53,553 bases of DNA, taken from the NCBI RefSeq assembly GCF_001194135.2, contig NC_068983.1:1803503-1857055 (forward strand), written 5' to 3'. Below the pieces are notes generated by a model that was given only the letters and a program-made list of their open reading frames with translations, searched no databases and was not told the DNA's origin. Both the position numbers and the translations under genes were made by a program. Positions within the stretch are counted from its first letter, which is position 1. Every line of letters starts with the position of its first letter. Origin of the DNA: Octopus bimaculoides. Its lineage: Eukaryota. Positions 48,331 to 53,553 of the stretch are shown in pieces.

Positions 48331-49897
48331 TATATATAAAAAAAAAATGTAATAATATTGTTTAGCGTTGCGGGGAATTGAAACCGCCGAGGTTAAATTT
48401 CTGTTAAATACAGCCACCTGAATGTTTAGCAAATGGGATTTTTTTTTTCCTATAGAAAATTTGGACTGGTCCGCTGATGGGTTCTTCTTAAATTCTATAA
48501 TCTTTTCATAAAAATTTTGATCTCTGCATGTTTCATGTTTATTCTGATGAAGGCGGGGGGTCATCATCGTCATGTGTAAATGAACTCCGGAGCTCCCAAA
48601 ATAGCCATAGATATATGAGAATGTTGAATTTGACCGGTGGTATCTGTTTATTATGAACTTTGAACGTACTTGTGTGAGGGGAGTAAAAGACTTTTTTCAA
48701 GATGTACGTGAATTTAACCTGTGGAAGTCTGCTTACCTATGAACTTTGGACGTACATGCGTGAGGGAAGTAAAAAACTTTTTCAAATATTAAAAAAAATA
48801 TATATAATTAAAAAAAAAAATGTAATCGTCAGATAAAATCTTTTTAGTCGGTGGACACTTATTTTATTTTATCTTTATTTTATATTTGCCCAGTAGGCTT
48901 TTCATAGTTTTGAATGTTTTGTCGTTATGTGTAACTATTAATAAACCGTTCTATTTGTATTTTATTCGGATATATTTTTACCTTCTGTGATTTTATGTAT
49001 ACGTATTATTTTTTATGTGTTTGTAGACCAAGGTGTTTTTTTTTATATATGATTAAATTTTTGAGTGGTAGTGTTGTATGTAAAGTCGTTGACCCATAAT
49101 TGTTTGTCCTGTAACTAATACCTCTTTGTCTTCGTCTCACTTATATTTGAGCACTTCTTTTGCAGTCCTATTGCGTGTATAATAAGAGACTTTTGCGTGT
49201 ATAATAAGAGACAAATATTATTCGTGTGTGTGTGTGCGTGTGTGTGTGCGTGTGTGTGTGCGTGTGTGTGTGCGTGCGCGTGTGCGCGCGTGTGCGCGTG
49301 TGTGCGTGTGTGCGTGTGTGTGTGCGCGCGCGCGCAGACATATATCTATATACATACATGTATTTATACATACACGGTTTTAACACATGTATATGTGAGT
49401 GTCTGTGTGTATACGCATAGATCTGGTGATGGAGGCCCGATCTCTCCAGTATTGATATACTTCTATCAATGGTTGCATGTTCTGGTGAACTACACCTGCC
49501 AAGGTCGTTATGAAGTAACTCCTAGTCTCCAAAATCTGTTATTGCACTTGTAGTAACCTACCTTTTCTTTATTTTTCTGTCCTTGTATTGTGTAAATTTG
49601 ATCTGATAATAAATATATTTATTTATATTCGAAAATTTATCGTCTGAAAATTTCTAGTCATTAAGTTCTACGTGATTACATGTTTATAAGTTTAGATAAT
49701 TTGTATATCAAACCACAAGCAATTTTTTTCTTCTTATCATTGTCTCCATAGCTGATCCTCTGGATTCCTCTTATAGCCACGCTTTACCCCGTAGACTTGC
49801 TCCTTGGAGCGCTACTGTTTTATATATTGGAAATCTCTGGATCTCATCTGTTGAATCAACTCACACACACGCGCGCGCGCGCATATACACGCACATG

Positions 49898-49934
<37 letters not shown>

Positions 49935-49940
49935 GAATAT

Positions 49941-50125
49941 ATCATCTTGATCTTCGTTTAACGTCCACTTTCCATGCTAGGATGGGTTGGACGATTTGAC
50001 TGAGGACTGGTGAACCGGATGACTGCACTAAGCTCCAACCTGATGTGGCAGAGTTTCTACAGCTGGATTCCCTTCCTAGCACCAACCACTCCGAGAGTGT
50101 AGTGGGTGCTTTTACGTGCCACCGG
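49941..50125 (-). mobile_element. 3' part of a SINE or LINE tail ending in a decayed (GAT)n repeat
   Basis: Minus strand ends GGAAAGTGGACGTTAAACGAAGATCAAGATGAT, an RTE-type terminus. Confidence 0.65.
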
Positions 50126-51162
50126 GGAAAATTGACGATTTTTATATCATGTTAGATAATGAATGAAATGAGAGTATTAAATTATAACAATTATCGAAAT
50201 ACAAATAATTAGAAAAGAATAAACTCCTCTTTGTATAAGGCAGAGAAATGAAAGAGAATATAAGGAAGACATTTTTAAGACGCATTAAAACAGAGCATGA
50301 TGGGAAAAAAAGACGATTCGCATCCAGCTGAGCCAAAACACTAGAGAGAAAAGGATACATACTATACATATATGATAATACACAATTCAAACTTTGATAT
50401 GAAAGATAAATTTTAAGACGAACAGAAGTCGTTCAGGGGTTTTCTGCAGTTGGATTATAATATCTAATATAGGACTAAAGAGATGTCTAGAAAGGAATAA
50501 TGGAAAACTAAGGAACATGGAAAAACATTATTTTCGGCTTTCAGCGGAGGGGTGGAAATAAATACAAAATGAATATCATTCGTGAGGCAAATGCAAATTC
50601 AACAATAGAAATTGTGCGATATCTTTAATCTACGCTAAATAATGGATTTAAGACTGATAAAAGAGCGGCAAGGGAAGTTTGTATTTGGACAATAGCTGAA
50701 ATAGATGAAGAGAACAGGAGTAGACAAGGGAAGTCACAAAGGTGGGGGAGACCCACAGAACTGCATGTAAATATTGGATATTTCTTCATAACGAAAGCGG
50801 ATCAATAATGACCACTAAGAAATACTGAAAGTATGTAAGGAGGCAGAATAAAAGTCAGCAGAATGTAGAGAAATTGGTAAGAAGTAATTTATTTTATCTT
50901 TGACTACCCAGTCTCTGTGAGACAGAATGCAACCGCAGGCACTGAAAATTTTGGTAAATAAATATCCTGGAATTTATATCATTACAATGAAATGTCAAAA
51001 GGAAAAACAAATTGATAGAAGCAGAAGCCTTCTGACAGAATAAGGAGACGACAGTACACTAGTATATTGCCAATAAAAAGCAATCAACACCACCAGGTAT
51101 TTGGTGTAATTCTTCCTAATCTGATAATCTGGCCCAACATATGATTACACACAAGCGCGCGC

Positions 51163-51212
<50 letters not shown>

Positions 51213-51808
51213 NNNNNNNNNNNNNNNNNNNNNNNNNNNNNNNNNNNNNNNNNNNNNNNNNNNNNNNNNNNNNNNNNNNNNNNNNNNNNNNNNNNNNNNN
51301 NNNNNNNNNNNNNNNNNNNNNNNNNNNNNNNNNNNNNNNNNNNNNNNNNNNNNNNNNNNNNNNNNNNNNNNNNNNNNNNNNNNNNNNNNNNNNNNNNNNN
51401 NNNNNNNNNNNNNNNNNNNNNNNNNNNNNNNNNNNNNNNNNNNNNNNNNNNNNNNNNNNNNNNNNNNNNNNNNNNNNNNNNNNNNNNNNNNNNNNNNNNN
51501 NNNNNNNNNNNNNNNNNNNNNNNNNNNNNNNNNNNNNNNNNNNNNNNNNNNNNNNNNNNNNNNNNNNNNNNNNNNNNNNNNNNNNNNNNNNNNNNNNNNN
51601 NNNNNNNNNNNNNNNNNNNNNNNNNNNNNNNNNNNNNNNNNNNNNNNNNNNNNNNNNNNNNNNNNNNNNNNNNNNNNNNNNNNNNNNNNNNNNNNNNNNN
51701 NNNNNNNNNNNNNNNNNNNNNNNNNNNNNNNNNNNNNNNNNNNNNNNNNNNNNNNNNNNNNNNNNNNNNNNNNNNNNNNNNNNNNNNNNNNNNNNNNNNN
51801 NNNNNNNN

Positions 51809-51846
<38 letters not shown>

Positions 51847-52468
51847 TGATATAGAAAATGTAGTTGTCGGCAGTGCACATATTAATGCATTTATTCATAC
51901 ATTAACAAAAATAATATACATCGAAATGTTGCATAAATTACGAACAGGCAGAAGTGCTTTTAGTTATGCAGTGATAGAATAGAATAGAATTAAATTGAGA
52001 TTATTGAATAATGCTGCTGTTATTGTTTCTGCTGCTGTTGATGATGGTGATGATGATGATACTGATGATGTTTATAATGATAAAAATGATGATGATAAAA
52101 AGTATATAATAGATTGTGTTATTATTCAAATGAAGAAAGGTTTTATCTAGAGTTCTTACACTATCGATGATAAACATCAGTTATATTGCATAATTTCTGA
52201 AACAATAATCTATTAATAATCGACATAACCAAGGCGGTAGTTTCGTGTAGACGCACACAGAGGAAGCTAAGCTTTAAAAATATCTGAACTGTCGAATTTC
52301 ATATTATAAACATTATAGAAGGGACGAAAGAGCTGATCATTTTTTTAATATACTTATTTCTTGCTATTGAAACCAAGAATTACCAAACAAATAAACATTT
52401 TGTGCAGTATATATGCGTACACATATTTACACATACACTCGTACACATTCACTCACACACATACGAGC

Positions 52469-52569
<101 letters not shown>

Positions 52570-52699
52570 TGTGTGTGTACCTGTGTGCGTATATATACAT
52601 ATGTATATATATGTATAAATACACACATATATGTATATATGCTTATATATAGATAGATGAAGAAACGGTTAGATATCTATACAAATACAATTTATATAT

Positions 52700-53038
52700 A
52701 TAAAAGAAAATGTAAGTGGAAATACCACATTTCAGTTTTAGAGGGGATTTAATAAAAGGTTATATAAATAAAAAAAATATTGACATTACCGGTTTCGATG
52801 TATTTCATCTTATCAAATATTAGTAAAAATTACAAAAATTTGAAGTAAAAACAGTCTATCCTCTGTCTGGTGGTCAAGAACATGCCTGGAGGGTTTTCGT
52901 CGAAGTCTTGTTTAAATATAGTTTGCTGTAGAGTTCAGTGTTAGTGAGAGAAGGGGTGTCTTTTGTCTAAAAGAAATCTTTGTGTTCCAGTCAAGGGAGT
53001 GGCTAAAAAAGCATTTATTGAAGGGGTTTTATGTTTAC

Positions 53039-53040
<2 letters not shown>
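52700..53040 (-). mobile_element. Probable PLE 3' end / pseudo-LTR relic
   Basis: Weak HSLDWN coding remnant, hammerhead at 52783-52820, AT-rich tail ending in (TA)n near 52700. Confidence 0.5.
52783..52820 (-). ncRNA. Minimal type-I hammerhead motif with compensatory U3:A8 core
   Basis: ATAT-TTGATAA-GATG(aaata)CATC-GAAA-CCGG-TA-ATGT. All helices pair; palindromic ACCGGT stem III; GUA site; predicted cut between 52787 and 52786. Confidence 0.72.
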
Positions 53041-53072
<32 letters not shown>

Positions 53073-53553
53073 CGAACGTCCTTTCAATATATTTTGAGAA
53101 ATGTCCAGCTGTGAGCTGATGGGTGTGTATGCTGTGAAGAACTTTTCTTGTTGAAAAAGGAATTAAGATTTTTCTTTGGATTTAGAAGTATTCTAGTGAG
53201 TGTCTCCGCCTGTGTATATGAGTGTGGTCACCAGCTGTGTGTATGTGTGTGTATGGTTGTGCTTAATTTTGTGATTTCTTTCGTATGTGTGAGTGTGTGT
53301 GTGTGTTTTAAGATGTTTTCCTTTTGTGTGTGTTTGTGATGTTTTCTATTGTATGTGTATGTGAGTGAATGCGTGTTTTTTTATTTTTTGTGTATGCGTG
53401 TATGTGTGTGTGTGTGCTGGCATATATGTATATTGAAGAACGATCTAGGAGATGATGGGAAGTATTTTTTTTTAAATATGTATAAAATTGTTTTTAGGTG
53501 TCTGTCCTTATGTTTGCGATTGGGTGTATGTGTATATATATATATATATATAT

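Noticed and set aside
50140-51060. Purine-rich region that might be a decayed LINE endonuclease
   Set aside because: No diagnostic motif could be read with confidence.

Overview
AT-rich, microsatellite-saturated eukaryotic draft-assembly DNA with many N gaps. An octopus/coleoid cephalopod origin is inferred from the SINE families, the repeat load and TTAGGG repeats; it is not proven. No complete host gene, rRNA, true tRNA or CRISPR array is supported, and nearly all listed ORFs are translations of microsatellites, Ns or decayed transposons. Recognisable content: many tRNA-derived SINEs; LINE relics (Tx1/L1, RTE, CR1/L2-group, two R4-like RLE copies); an internally deleted Tc1/mariner; a palindromic MITE with divergent telomeric repeats at its centre; and a Penelope-like element (PLE) relic with RT thumb plus GIY-YIG. 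The main hidden signal is about ten minimal type-I hammerhead ribozyme motifs (intact, variant, partial or decayed) of the PLE pseudo-LTR kind. Several sit in outward-facing foldback pairs. Across families the catalytic 3:8 positions co-vary (C3:G8, U3:A8, G3:C8). One motif forms the 3' tail of a Pol III tRNA-headed SINE. All folds were done by eye and no ribozyme activity has been shown.
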